Positions 17,130 to 25,727 of a stretch of DNA of 33,123 nucleotides are shown in pieces. Within the stretch, counting starts at the first letter, position 1; each line of letters starts with the position of its first letter. The notes beneath the pieces were generated by a model. The model was not told the DNA's origin, did not search any database, and was given only the letters and a program-made list of their open reading frames with translations. A program made the translations under genes and the position numbers. The stretch comes from a candidate division WWE3 bacterium UBA1397 (GTDB lineage Bacteria; Patescibacteriota; WWE3; UBA101185; UBA10185): NCBI GenBank assembly GCA_002305205.1, contig DBQJ01000009.1:31818-64940 (forward strand). The letters run 5' to 3'.

Positions 17130-17674
17130 GACAACTCATCCGGCAGAATAAAGTTAACAAAAACATCCTGTACATCGTCATGGTCATCCAACTCTTCTAG
17201 AAGCGAGATCATTTTTTTTGCTAAATTCGTATCATCAATTTGTATAGTGAAGGAAGGGGTATCCGGATTAGGACTAAATATGTATGACGTGCTTCCCGCT
17301 CCCCCCATGGATCCACCGAATTTATTAAGTATATTTCTTATCTCAGCTACCGTTCTGTTCTTATTGTCAGTTAATGCTTTTATATAAAATGCTTCTCCGT
17401 TAGGTCCAAAGGCTTCATAAACTGCTTCATAGAAGACACCGTCCCCTCCCTGCCCGCTTCCTTTCTGTATAGCCTTCTCGATATTCTCCCTGGGCATTCT
17501 GGCTTCCCTTGCTTTCTCCACTGCCAGCCTTAAAGATGGATTGGAATCGGGATCAGCTCCGTTTTTTGCTGCAACAATGATTAAACGGCTTACTTTAGAG
17601 AATATCTTGCTTTTCTTAGCATCGGTGACTTCCTTTTTCCTTTTGATATTGGCCCATTTTGAATGTCCGGACAT
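17126..17674 (-). CDS. yebC: YebC/PmpR family protein (short form)
   Basis: MSGHSKWANIKRKK, NPSLRLAVEKAR, YEAFGPNG, TDNKNRT and LDDHDDVQDVFVN. ATGA overlap with ruvC. Confidence 0.95.
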   Translation of the reverse strand: MSGHSKWANIKRKKEVTDAKKSKIFSKVSRLIIVAAKNGADPDSNPSLRLAVEKAREARMPRENIEKAIQKGSGQGGDGVFYEAVYEAFGPNGEAFYIKALTDNKNRTVAEIRNILNKFGGSMGGAGSTSYIFSPNPDTPSFTIQIDDTNLAKKMISLLEELDDHDDVQDVFVNFILPDELS

Positions 17675-17702
17675 AAATTCTATCTTACCATCTTTTATCT
17701 AA

Positions 17703-17730
17703 TTGACAAAAATTTTATATTTATTATTCT
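17703..17730 (+). promoter_or_regulatory. Sigma70-type promoter of the TPR gene
   Basis: TTGACA (17703-17708), 16 bp, TATTCT (17725-17730), then 7 nt to the ATG at 17738. Confidence 0.7.
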
Positions 17731-17737
17731 TGTACGC

Positions 17738-18418
17738 ATGCATTCAAGCATAGCTGTACTGTCTAAAAAGGCAATTGACGCGGCACTAAAGGCAAATTGG
17801 GCCGAAGCTATAGATATTAATACCCTAATACTGGAGAAAAATCCCCTTAATATTGATGCTAAAATACGTTTGGGAAGAGCTTTCATTCAGACCAGAAAAT
17901 TTGATAAGGCCAAAAAGATATTTAGGGATGTATTAAAAACAGATCCGATAAACCCGGTAGCTTTAAAAAATCTCGAACTGGCAAAAAAGTGCAAAGCAGA
18001 AACAAAAGGACAGGTGCAGATAGATACTAAATCACTTCTTAAAGAACCGGGAACAACATCCGAAGCTTATTTTGATATAAGTGCTAAAGGAATAACATCA
18101 AAAGATTTTATTTCCGGAGAAGGTTTGTCATTGAAAATAAAGAAAAGATCTATTGAGGTATTTAAGATAAAAGACTGCAAAAAAACCTATATTGGAGAGA
18201 TCCAAGATCCCATAATCGTACAAAAAATGAACATAGCCCAGGAAAGAGAAGCCAGAATTCATGCAGGATTTCTCAAGGGTTCTGATAAACACGTTACCAT
18301 TCTTATTAAATCATCCATTCCGGTATTTAAAGCAGATAAACAAGATGTGAGACCATACTTTAAGAAAGGAACTCTCGAAGAACCTGAGGCTGAACAAGAA
18401 GAAGAAATAACTGAGTAA
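17738..18418 (+). CDS. Tetratricopeptide-repeat protein
   Basis: TPR-like helices (AIDAALKANWAEA...AKIRLGRAF...DPINPVALKNL) and an acidic tail. Start moved from 17663 to the ATG at 17738, which avoids overlap with yebC and fits the promoter. Confidence 0.8.
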   Translation: MHSSIAVLSKKAIDAALKANWAEAIDINTLILEKNPLNIDAKIRLGRAFIQTRKFDKAKKIFRDVLKTDPINPVALKNLELAKKCKAETKGQVQIDTKSLLKEPGTTSEAYFDISAKGITSKDFISGEGLSLKIKKRSIEVFKIKDCKKTYIGEIQDPIIVQKMNIAQEREARIHAGFLKGSDKHVTILIKSSIPVFKADKQDVRPYFKKGTLEEPEAEQEEEITE

Positions 18419-18422
18419 TATA

Positions 18423-19226
18423 TTACCTCAAATCATCATCGGTTAATATATTAGCAACATATTCTTTTTTATCATTTTTAACCTCAGAGGCCTTCTCTAC
18501 CCTCTTATCTTCCTTTTTAGGAGCGGGCTTGAACTTATTCTGAGGAATATGAACTCTTCCTTCATCTTTCTTTCTTATATTTTGAATATTATCTTTATTC
18601 CTCTCCTTACTCTTTTTACTATTGTCACTATTTATTTTCTCATTATTTGAAACTTCCTTTTTCCCATGCTCTTTCATTTTTATATCCTTCTTAGTCTCTT
18701 CCTTCCTTATAATTCTGTCCAGTGCCGCATATGGTGCGTTTTTATTATTCAGAGGTATAAATCCTACAGCTTCTTCATTTAAAGAAGCCTGATTAAATTC
18801 TGCAGAAGTATCGGATATTCTATAAGTACCGCTGTCAGACAACAGGTACCACTTCCCTTCTTTCTTGGACAATACACCTTTTATCTCCAACCTTTCTTCC
18901 TTTGTAATCTGTTTAAATACTTTTTTTCCATCCTCCTCAACAATTTTTAAACGATCCCCATACACCAATCTTGATTTAGCTGCGTAATTAGCCGGTACTT
19001 CGTGTTTTTCCCCGCTGTCTGCTATTAGATATAAGCCGTCAAACGTGCCCTCAACACCGGGCATTTTTTTATACATCTCTTTCTTTTGCTCATGTTCTAT
19101 CTTTTCAATAATTTGGGAGATTTTATCTATATTTCTTCTTAATGAAAGCGTCGCTTCTTTTAGCTGAAACAACCTTCCTTGTGATATATCGTCACTAGAA
19201 TAATTATCGTTATTTTCTTCGGGCAT
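18423..19226 (-). CDS. Conserved hypothetical protein
   Basis: N-terminal coiled coil, EGTFDG...VPANYAAKSRLVYGDRLK core (a motif I recall from CPR hypothetical proteins), and a Lys/Glu-rich low-complexity C-terminus. Confidence 0.75.
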   Translation of the reverse strand: MPEENNDNYSSDDISQGRLFQLKEATLSLRRNIDKISQIIEKIEHEQKKEMYKKMPGVEGTFDGLYLIADSGEKHEVPANYAAKSRLVYGDRLKIVEEDGKKVFKQITKEERLEIKGVLSKKEGKWYLLSDSGTYRISDTSAEFNQASLNEEAVGFIPLNNKNAPYAALDRIIRKEETKKDIKMKEHGKKEVSNNEKINSDNSKKSKERNKDNIQNIRKKDEGRVHIPQNKFKPAPKKEDKRVEKASEVKNDKKEYVANILTDDDLR

Positions 19227-19231
19227 TTATC

Positions 19232-21793
19232 TTATTCCTTTCTATTTAAATTTATATCAACGGTATTAGATTCCCCTACCGTCTTATTCTCTCCCATCTT
19301 ATTCTTATATTCTTGAGCAATAGCCATACCCTTGTCAAATTTAGTTTCCACCCACTTAAATATTTTACTCTCAACAAACTCCCTGGGGACTCCGTACTTC
19401 TCTCTGCTTAGATTTATAACTTTCTCTTTATTATTTGTTTTAGGTACTAAAAATCCATCCTCCCAAGGAATTAATATTCTAGCTGAAAAAGGATGGGATG
19501 TCATACCGTTCATCATCAGCTTAATATATATTTGGAATCTCTCCAGTGAGATGATGTCTTCTTCATTAAAGTAAGGGGCAAATTCATGGGCTAATTCCTT
19601 TGCATCTGGCGCCCCTAAAGAAAATGTTATTATTGTCCCCACATTTCCATATACTGCTTTTAGTAGTGATTCGGGCAGTTGTGCTGTAAATTGATGCGTA
19701 AGATATAATCCCAGCTTGTATTTTCTTGACTCCGATAATATTTCTTCAAAACTACCTGTAGCAAAATTCTGGAACTCGTCTACATACAGATAGAAGGGCT
19801 TTCTATCCTCATAGGGTATCTTAGCTCTCTGAAGTGCATAAAACTGCAGCCTGGAAACTAAGAGAGCCCCTAGAAGGTTGGCATTATCTGTACCTATCTT
19901 CCCCTTTGATAGATTCATCAGAATTATTTTTCCATTATTCATAGCATCCCATAAATCTAAAGTTGATTCTCTTTGTCCTAATATGTTTCTAATCGTAGTG
20001 GATGCTAAAAATCTATTTACTTTATTCTGTATGGGAGATATTGATTCAGTAACCAGTTTTTGATTCCCTTTCATATCCCTGAATTCCTGCTCCCAAAATT
20101 TTATTACTAAAGGATCCTTAACTTGATGAAGAATATACTTTTGGTAATTAATATCCTCCATTAATCTTGTAATACCAAGCATAGTGGTTCCCGGTACTTC
20201 CAGAAGCGTTAATATTGCATAATTAAGTAAATACTCCAGTCTAGGACCCCATGAATAATCAAAATGCTGTTTAATTGCAGATACCAACCCCGACGCTAAG
20301 AGGTTTTTTTGGGACGGATCATCCAGCTGCATTAAATTTAAACCGATTGGTCTTTCCGTATCAGACGGATCAAAATAAATGATGTCGTTAATTCTATTAT
20401 CGGGGATGCGGTTCAATACTCTTTCTATAGTCTCTCCGTGTGGGTCTAAAACACCCACTCCTGCTCCTCTCATAATATCCTGGGATATCATTGATTCAAA
20501 CAATGTGGATTTTCCTGTTCCTGACTTACCAATAACATACAAATGTCTTAGCCTGTCTTCATCATTTTTTAGCCCAAATTTTATTCTTTCATTCCTAAAT
20601 ACTGTTTCCCCTATAAGACTTGCATCTTGTATGGGAAGATTAGGAGGTGGTTCGGATTTTCTGGAATACACCCATGATATATTTGGAGTATCAATATTTG
20701 AAAGGGGGAAATGAAAAAAAGTAGCCAATTCTTCAGTTGTTAAAATCACTGATTTATCTTTATCAAATAACCTATTCTGATAATCACTCACTATTCTTCC
20801 CACATTGCTTTCAAAATGAGAGGAGAAGGAATTGAGGTTAACCGCAGAAAATTGTTTAAAAGATGCGAATACTGACCTTAAATTAGATTCTACTTTTTCT
20901 TCACTCTCTGCTGATGCAATTATTCTAATAACTGTCTGGTAGCCCATACGGGATAATTTATTCTCTATTGATCGTAATTCGGTTTCCTGTCCGGCGGGTA
21001 CTTTTACTGCAATTTGTTTATCTGCTGCAGCTGCTGCTTTCTTTGCATCTTCAGGGCTCATGGGAAGCGTAAAAGCACCTATTGCCGTACCCTTGGCTAT
21101 TCCAACTGTCTCTCTGCCTAAAGCATCAAAAAAGGTCTTAAAGAATGATGGATTTCCCTCCGGTTTACCTTCACGAATTGATTTCACATAATTAAATCCC
21201 TCTTTTTGCCATGTGTCAGCAACGGGTCTTACCAATATCTGAAACCACACCTCCTCCCCTACTCCAATGGAAGATACAGCGGATGTTATTGAAGAGATGG
21301 GATCAATCTCAAAATCCCTAAAAATCTTTATAGGAAAATAGTCAGGTTTAGAAAAAGTTACTGAAACCGCTCCGTATTTGTTTGACTTAGTATCATATTT
21401 TTTTACATAGTCTTCAACAACTCTTATCTGACAAGTGGGGTATTGTGCGTATATCTGCCCTTCAACAAATTTTCTAATATTCTTTGGACAGTAAACAAAA
21501 AACTTTATTCCTTCTGTACCGGAGGCAGCCATTTCAAATGAAATATGTTCTTGGGAAGAAGGATCTTCTTTCAGCAAACCGTGCAATGTTGAAAACATGT
21601 TCTCTGCATATAGAGAAGATGCTTGTACATTGGGGGATTCTTCGTCACTTTTGCTAAGTGTAACTTGAAGGAGTTGCAAGCTTCTTTCTTCTTTTACCAA
21701 CTCAATAGACTCCGGGGTTTTAATACGTAGATATACTACAAAAAGGATGATAATAAATACTGCTATAAATATAAAAATATAAGAAATACCCAT
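19232..21793 (-). CDS. Membrane-anchored VirD4/TrwB/HerA-FtsK superfamily ATPase
   Basis: N-terminal TM (MGISYIFIFIAVFIIIL), RHLYVIGKSGTGKST, LDPHGE, LYVDEFQNF and SESRKY...THQ. The start is probably the ATG at 21793; the track start at 21886 overlaps the upstream gene. Confidence 0.88.
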   Translation of the reverse strand: MGISYIFIFIAVFIIILFVVYLRIKTPESIELVKEERSLQLLQVTLSKSDEESPNVQASSLYAENMFSTLHGLLKEDPSSQEHISFEMAASGTEGIKFFVYCPKNIRKFVEGQIYAQYPTCQIRVVEDYVKKYDTKSNKYGAVSVTFSKPDYFPIKIFRDFEIDPISSITSAVSSIGVGEEVWFQILVRPVADTWQKEGFNYVKSIREGKPEGNPSFFKTFFDALGRETVGIAKGTAIGAFTLPMSPEDAKKAAAAADKQIAVKVPAGQETELRSIENKLSRMGYQTVIRIIASAESEEKVESNLRSVFASFKQFSAVNLNSFSSHFESNVGRIVSDYQNRLFDKDKSVILTTEELATFFHFPLSNIDTPNISWVYSRKSEPPPNLPIQDASLIGETVFRNERIKFGLKNDEDRLRHLYVIGKSGTGKSTLFESMISQDIMRGAGVGVLDPHGETIERVLNRIPDNRINDIIYFDPSDTERPIGLNLMQLDDPSQKNLLASGLVSAIKQHFDYSWGPRLEYLLNYAILTLLEVPGTTMLGITRLMEDINYQKYILHQVKDPLVIKFWEQEFRDMKGNQKLVTESISPIQNKVNRFLASTTIRNILGQRESTLDLWDAMNNGKIILMNLSKGKIGTDNANLLGALLVSRLQFYALQRAKIPYEDRKPFYLYVDEFQNFATGSFEEILSESRKYKLGLYLTHQFTAQLPESLLKAVYGNVGTIITFSLGAPDAKELAHEFAPYFNEEDIISLERFQIYIKLMMNGMTSHPFSARILIPWEDGFLVPKTNNKEKVINLSREKYGVPREFVESKIFKWVETKFDKGMAIAQEYKNKMGENKTVGESNTVDINLNRKE

Positions 21794-21860
21794 CTCTAGA
21801 TAAACTTCCCCCCACCCTAATTTGGGGCGGGGGTAGAAAGGAGAGAGTACTGGGGTAATA

Positions 21861-22928
21861 CTAGTACAGTTGTTCTGAGGTGTCAAATCCTAAAATTACA
21901 ACAATATCTGATCTGTCTATTTCATGCTCCCCTAGGTTTGTACCGTTTTTATCAACTATATTGGGTATACCCAATGCCTTTGATAGATATCTGCATGTTA
22001 AGGAATCTGTATTTTCGGCTATTATGATACTATTACTATAGGGCTGGTCAGAGTTTCCTATGGCCACTACCCTACCCCCGTTATTCTTAACTAATCTGGA
22101 TACTAATGTTGCTACTCCGGGATAATTTGATCCATTTAGTATAGATATGCTTTTATTTTCCTGAGATATAGGTGATTCCAAAGCATAGTCTGAGAAATCC
22201 TGATCAATGGATCCGGGATTTAGCAATCTTTCCTCGTTTAGTACCTCTTTATTTAATCTTTCATTGGGAAGCGACTTTATATAAGAGAAAAGGTTATAGA
22301 ATTCGCTAAATGTCATATCGGTTTTAAATTCCCCGCTTACTTCAATAATATCTTTTATTTTTACTATGTCCAAGAAAGTTCCGTTTGAAAGCATCTCATC
22401 AAATATATTTTTCTGTTCTTCGGATACAACTAAAAATTTATCTGTGTTAAAACCAAATATTTTAAACGTTGTATTTTTTAATACCTTTATTCCATCATTC
22501 AAATAATCATCTGAATTCATACCCCCCAAAGCTATTGTCTTACTTAACTCCTCTTCTCCATACCTACCTGCTATGTCGTATTTAATTTCTGCAGGTATTA
22601 TGTAAGTTGATATATTGTCATTAATACGATCAAAAACAATAAATTTAATTGTCTTTATATTTATCGGTTCTTTGTCTATATCCTCTACTACTACATAAAG
22701 CAGTGTGGGAAAAGTGTCTCCTTTTATGTCATATGGTACTTCTCCCTGTGAAAAGGATGCCATAGCAAATGATTTATTAACATACTTTAATGTGAAATAA
22801 ACACCAAAAAACCCAAGGGATACTAAAAACAAGATAGGAATTAATAACACACGTGTAATCGTTTTCTTAATATTTCTCCCGATTACTTTATTTTTCTTTT
22901 TGGATTTTTGGGCAGAATATCGTCTCAT
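21861..22928 (-). CDS. LytR C-terminal domain protein with a degenerate LCP-like region
   Basis: Basic N-terminus plus one TM, and C-terminal ISILNGSNYPGVA...IGNSD...DIVVILGFD (LytR_C signature). Confidence 0.8.
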   Translation of the reverse strand: MRRYSAQKSKKKNKVIGRNIKKTITRVLLIPILFLVSLGFFGVYFTLKYVNKSFAMASFSQGEVPYDIKGDTFPTLLYVVVEDIDKEPINIKTIKFIVFDRINDNISTYIIPAEIKYDIAGRYGEEELSKTIALGGMNSDDYLNDGIKVLKNTTFKIFGFNTDKFLVVSEEQKNIFDEMLSNGTFLDIVKIKDIIEVSGEFKTDMTFSEFYNLFSYIKSLPNERLNKEVLNEERLLNPGSIDQDFSDYALESPISQENKSISILNGSNYPGVATLVSRLVKNNGGRVVAIGNSDQPYSNSIIIAENTDSLTCRYLSKALGIPNIVDKNGTNLGEHEIDRSDIVVILGFDTSEQLY

Positions 22929-22965
22929 ATATTTTCAAGACGATTATATACATGAAATTTATCTT

Positions 22966-23670
22966 TTATAAAGAGAATTCTTTGGGTATTTTTGATGTAA
23001 ATTCTATGAACTTATCTGTCTTAGGATGAAATATACCTATCTTAGATGCATGCAACATCATTCTTCCGAAGTGTATTAGTGATCTTTCGAGTAATATCTT
23101 TGAACAATATATCTGATCTCCTGCGATAGGATTTCCTATTGCTAATGAATGAACTCTAATCTGATGTGTTCTGCCTGTCTTAGGAAGTATTTTCATTAAT
23201 GTGTACCAATATTCTTCTTTTTGTATGTTTTTAATATTTTCAAATCTAGTAAAGGCCTCTTTCCCTCCTTCTACAACTGCATATCTGAGAGGGCTTTTCG
23301 GATTTCTTTTAATCGGAGCATTAATCTCAATAATGGGATCGTCTATCTTTCCGCATAATATTCCTAAATATTCTTTCTGTGTCTTCCTATCTTTAAACTG
23401 ACTTAGCATTTTATTGAAGGTGTCTCTGTTCTTTGCCACAATCAACAAACCCGATGTATCTTTGTCCAAACGGTGTACAATACCCGTTCTTTGAATGAAA
23501 TCATCCTCCTCGGTATCCTCATTTTCCACAATACCCGGAGAACTTTCTTCCAATATATCCTGCAGTGTTTCGGTTTTATTTGTGTGCGATCTATTTACTA
23601 CTAACCCAGACGGCTTATCCAAAACCAATATACTGTCATCTTCATAAATAATATCTATTTTTCTTTCCAT
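22966..23670 (-). CDS. rluA: RluA/RluD family pseudouridine synthase (no S4 domain)
   Basis: IIYEDD, DKPSGLVV, GIVHRLDKDTSG, TGRTHQIRVH, PIAGDQIY and MLHA. Confidence 0.93.
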   Translation of the reverse strand: MERKIDIIYEDDSILVLDKPSGLVVNRSHTNKTETLQDILEESSPGIVENEDTEEDDFIQRTGIVHRLDKDTSGLLIVAKNRDTFNKMLSQFKDRKTQKEYLGILCGKIDDPIIEINAPIKRNPKSPLRYAVVEGGKEAFTRFENIKNIQKEEYWYTLMKILPKTGRTHQIRVHSLAIGNPIAGDQIYCSKILLERSLIHFGRMMLHASKIGIFHPKTDKFIEFTSKIPKEFSL

Positions 23671-23963
23671 ATAGATATTGATATTAACATAATACCCAAA
23701 GTTATTGCTGCATCCCGAATATTAAAATAAAAAAGATTGAAAAAAGATATGTAGTCTTTAATACAACCGGTAGTATAACGTTCATAAATATTAAATAATG
23801 ATCCGAAAATCATAATTAACAACCCCAAATGCCCTATTCTTGTCTTTTTGACATATTTTAAAAAGATAAAGGAAAAGAGAATAAGTACAAACAATGAAAG
23901 AAGAGAGAATTGTTGAGGATTTAATATCCCGGATAATACATAAGAACAGTTGTATTTACTCAT
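23655..23963 (-). CDS. lspA: Signal peptidase II-like protein (short, divergent)
   Basis: GSLFNIYER...GCIKDYI...FNIRD corresponds to GALGNxxDR...VVDFI...FNxAD. Sits in dksA-like/lspA/rluA synteny. Start is either the ATG at 23963 or 23987. Confidence 0.75.
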   Translation of the reverse strand: MSKYNCSYVLSGILNPQQFSLLSLFVLILFSFIFLKYVKKTRIGHLGLLIMIFGSLFNIYERYTTGCIKDYISFFNLFYFNIRDAAITLGIMLISISIWKEK

Positions 23964-24975
23964 TACTATTATCTGAATCGGGTGCACATTCTATGCATGT
24001 TGTTGCCTCGGGGTATGCTTTCAATCTTGCTTTATCTATAGGCGCTCCGCACCTTTCGCATATTCCATATTTCCCTATTTTAATTGATGCCAATGCCTTT
24101 CTAACCTGAATTCTTAAGCCTTTAACTATATTTTTATTTGCATCATTTACATTTTTTTGATAATCCTCCAATATTGCCTCATCCATAGATTCGGAATTAC
24201 CTGTAGCTCTGTCTGTCTGAAGATAAGGATCCTCATTTATCAGTAACTGCTGCGATTTCTTCAGGGATCTGTCTTTTTTAATCAGTTTGCCCTTAATTCT
24301 TTCTATAAATTCAGAAGGTAAATTTCTTTTATACACGCTAATATTTCTCCTGAGAATAATTGATACTGTACCTATTATAACTAAAATACCATATATTAGT
24401 AAATAGCCGTCTCTCTTAAGAACAAGAATTCCGCTAAATGCAAGGAAAAAACAGAATAATGAAAATATTGTGCCGGATGAAAATCTATATCCCCTAAATC
24501 TAAGAATTTCTAGATAAAAGACAAATATTAAACCTGATAAGGCAAGTGAATTAACATCTCCTAGTACCAATGTTCTTGCTACATAGAATAAAAAAATAAA
24601 TAGGGAAAATGCCATAGAGTAAATATCTAAAACCCTGTATTTTGACCATTTCCATCTCTTTGAGAAGTATAAAACAGGTATCAGAGAAGATAAAAAACAT
24701 AATAACGATACTGTTAATTCATAGTCTAAAGATAAGACGATGCTGTTAGGATGATATAGCTTTATGTTTCTGTATAAAAGTGAATAAAGATAAAAAGAAA
24801 CTGCTGATAGTGTTACTGAAGAAAATGCTAAATCCAATATACTGTCGCTGGAGAAACCATCTTTTCTTCCCTCATACCACACTACAAATACCCAATACAG
24901 TACACCCAGTACGGATGCTAAAAATAAGGTTGGTATTTTATAAAATCCGATTGTTATTTCTCCAGGAATAAGCAT
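23956..24975 (-). CDS. Fusion of an Lgt-like membrane domain and a C-terminal DksA/TraR C4 zinc-finger domain
   Basis: The N-terminal ~210 aa are multi-TM and resemble Lgt. The C-terminus has a coiled coil, ESMDEA and GKYGICERCGAPIDKARLKAYPEATTCIEC. Confidence 0.8.
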   Translation of the reverse strand: MLIPGEITIGFYKIPTLFLASVLGVLYWVFVVWYEGRKDGFSSDSILDLAFSSVTLSAVSFYLYSLLYRNIKLYHPNSIVLSLDYELTVSLLCFLSSLIPVLYFSKRWKWSKYRVLDIYSMAFSLFIFLFYVARTLVLGDVNSLALSGLIFVFYLEILRFRGYRFSSGTIFSLFCFFLAFSGILVLKRDGYLLIYGILVIIGTVSIILRRNISVYKRNLPSEFIERIKGKLIKKDRSLKKSQQLLINEDPYLQTDRATGNSESMDEAILEDYQKNVNDANKNIVKGLRIQVRKALASIKIGKYGICERCGAPIDKARLKAYPEATTCIECAPDSDNSNE

Positions 24976-24983
24976 TAAAGTAT

Positions 24984-25535
24984 TTAGGCCTTTGAAATAT
25001 AACTACCGTCTCTAGTATCAATTTTAACTTTATCCCCAATCTTAATAAATGTAGGTACTTTTACTACAGCCCCGGTATTTATTGTTGCATCTTTGAATGT
25101 ATTTGTTACGGTATTTCCCTTATATCCCGGCTCCGTATATGTTATCTCAAACACCATTGTAATTGGCAGATCAATAGATATCGGAGAACCTTCAAAATAT
25201 TGGACTTGAACATTTTGGCCCTCCTGCAAGAACTTTGCACTGTCCCCCAGTAATTGGTCTGATATATTAAACTGTTCAAAAGAATCAGGATCCATAAATA
25301 TATAATTATTATCTTTATATAGATATTGGGCGTTCTTTCTAAACACATCGGCATCTTCAAATTTCTCAGTAGAAACACATCCTTTATCCATAACCTGCCC
25401 CGTAATTATATTTCTTATTCTTAATTTAACATTAGCACTTCCCCTTCCCACCTTTATGTGTTCATATTTAATTACCAGGTAGGGAAAGCCGTTCATTTTG
25501 AATACTGTTCCTGTTTTTAATTCTGTAGCAAGCAT
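24984..25535 (-). CDS. efp: Elongation factor P
   Basis: ATELKTG, HIKVGRGSA, QYLY, TEPGYKGNT, VPTFIKIGD and IDTRDGSYISK. Confidence 0.96.
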   Translation of the reverse strand: MLATELKTGTVFKMNGFPYLVIKYEHIKVGRGSANVKLRIRNIITGQVMDKGCVSTEKFEDADVFRKNAQYLYKDNNYIFMDPDSFEQFNISDQLLGDSAKFLQEGQNVQVQYFEGSPISIDLPITMVFEITYTEPGYKGNTVTNTFKDATINTGAVVKVPTFIKIGDKVKIDTRDGSYISKA

Positions 25536-25580
25536 AGTGGTGATTATATCACTATAATTTAATAATATACGTTAATTTAA

Positions 25581-25667
25581 TGGTGCCGTGGGTGGGAGTC
25601 GAACCCACACGGGATTAAATCCCAGTGGTTTTTGAGACCACCGCGTATACCATTCCGCCACCACGGC
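25581..25667 (-). tRNA. tRNA-Leu (anticodon CAA)
   Basis: GCCGTGG acceptor stem, GTGGT-CTCAAAA-ACCAC anticodon arm, long variable arm, GGTTCGACTCC T arm and encoded CCA; 87 nt. Confidence 0.96.
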
Positions 25668-25727
25668 TTCTTTATATCTTTTACCCGTAGATAGAAGATA
25701 TCTTAGCATATTATATACTTTAGAAAA

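Noticed and set aside
19232..21886. Conjugative element around the VirD4-like ATPase
   Set aside because: No relaxase, VirB homologues or element boundaries are visible in the window.
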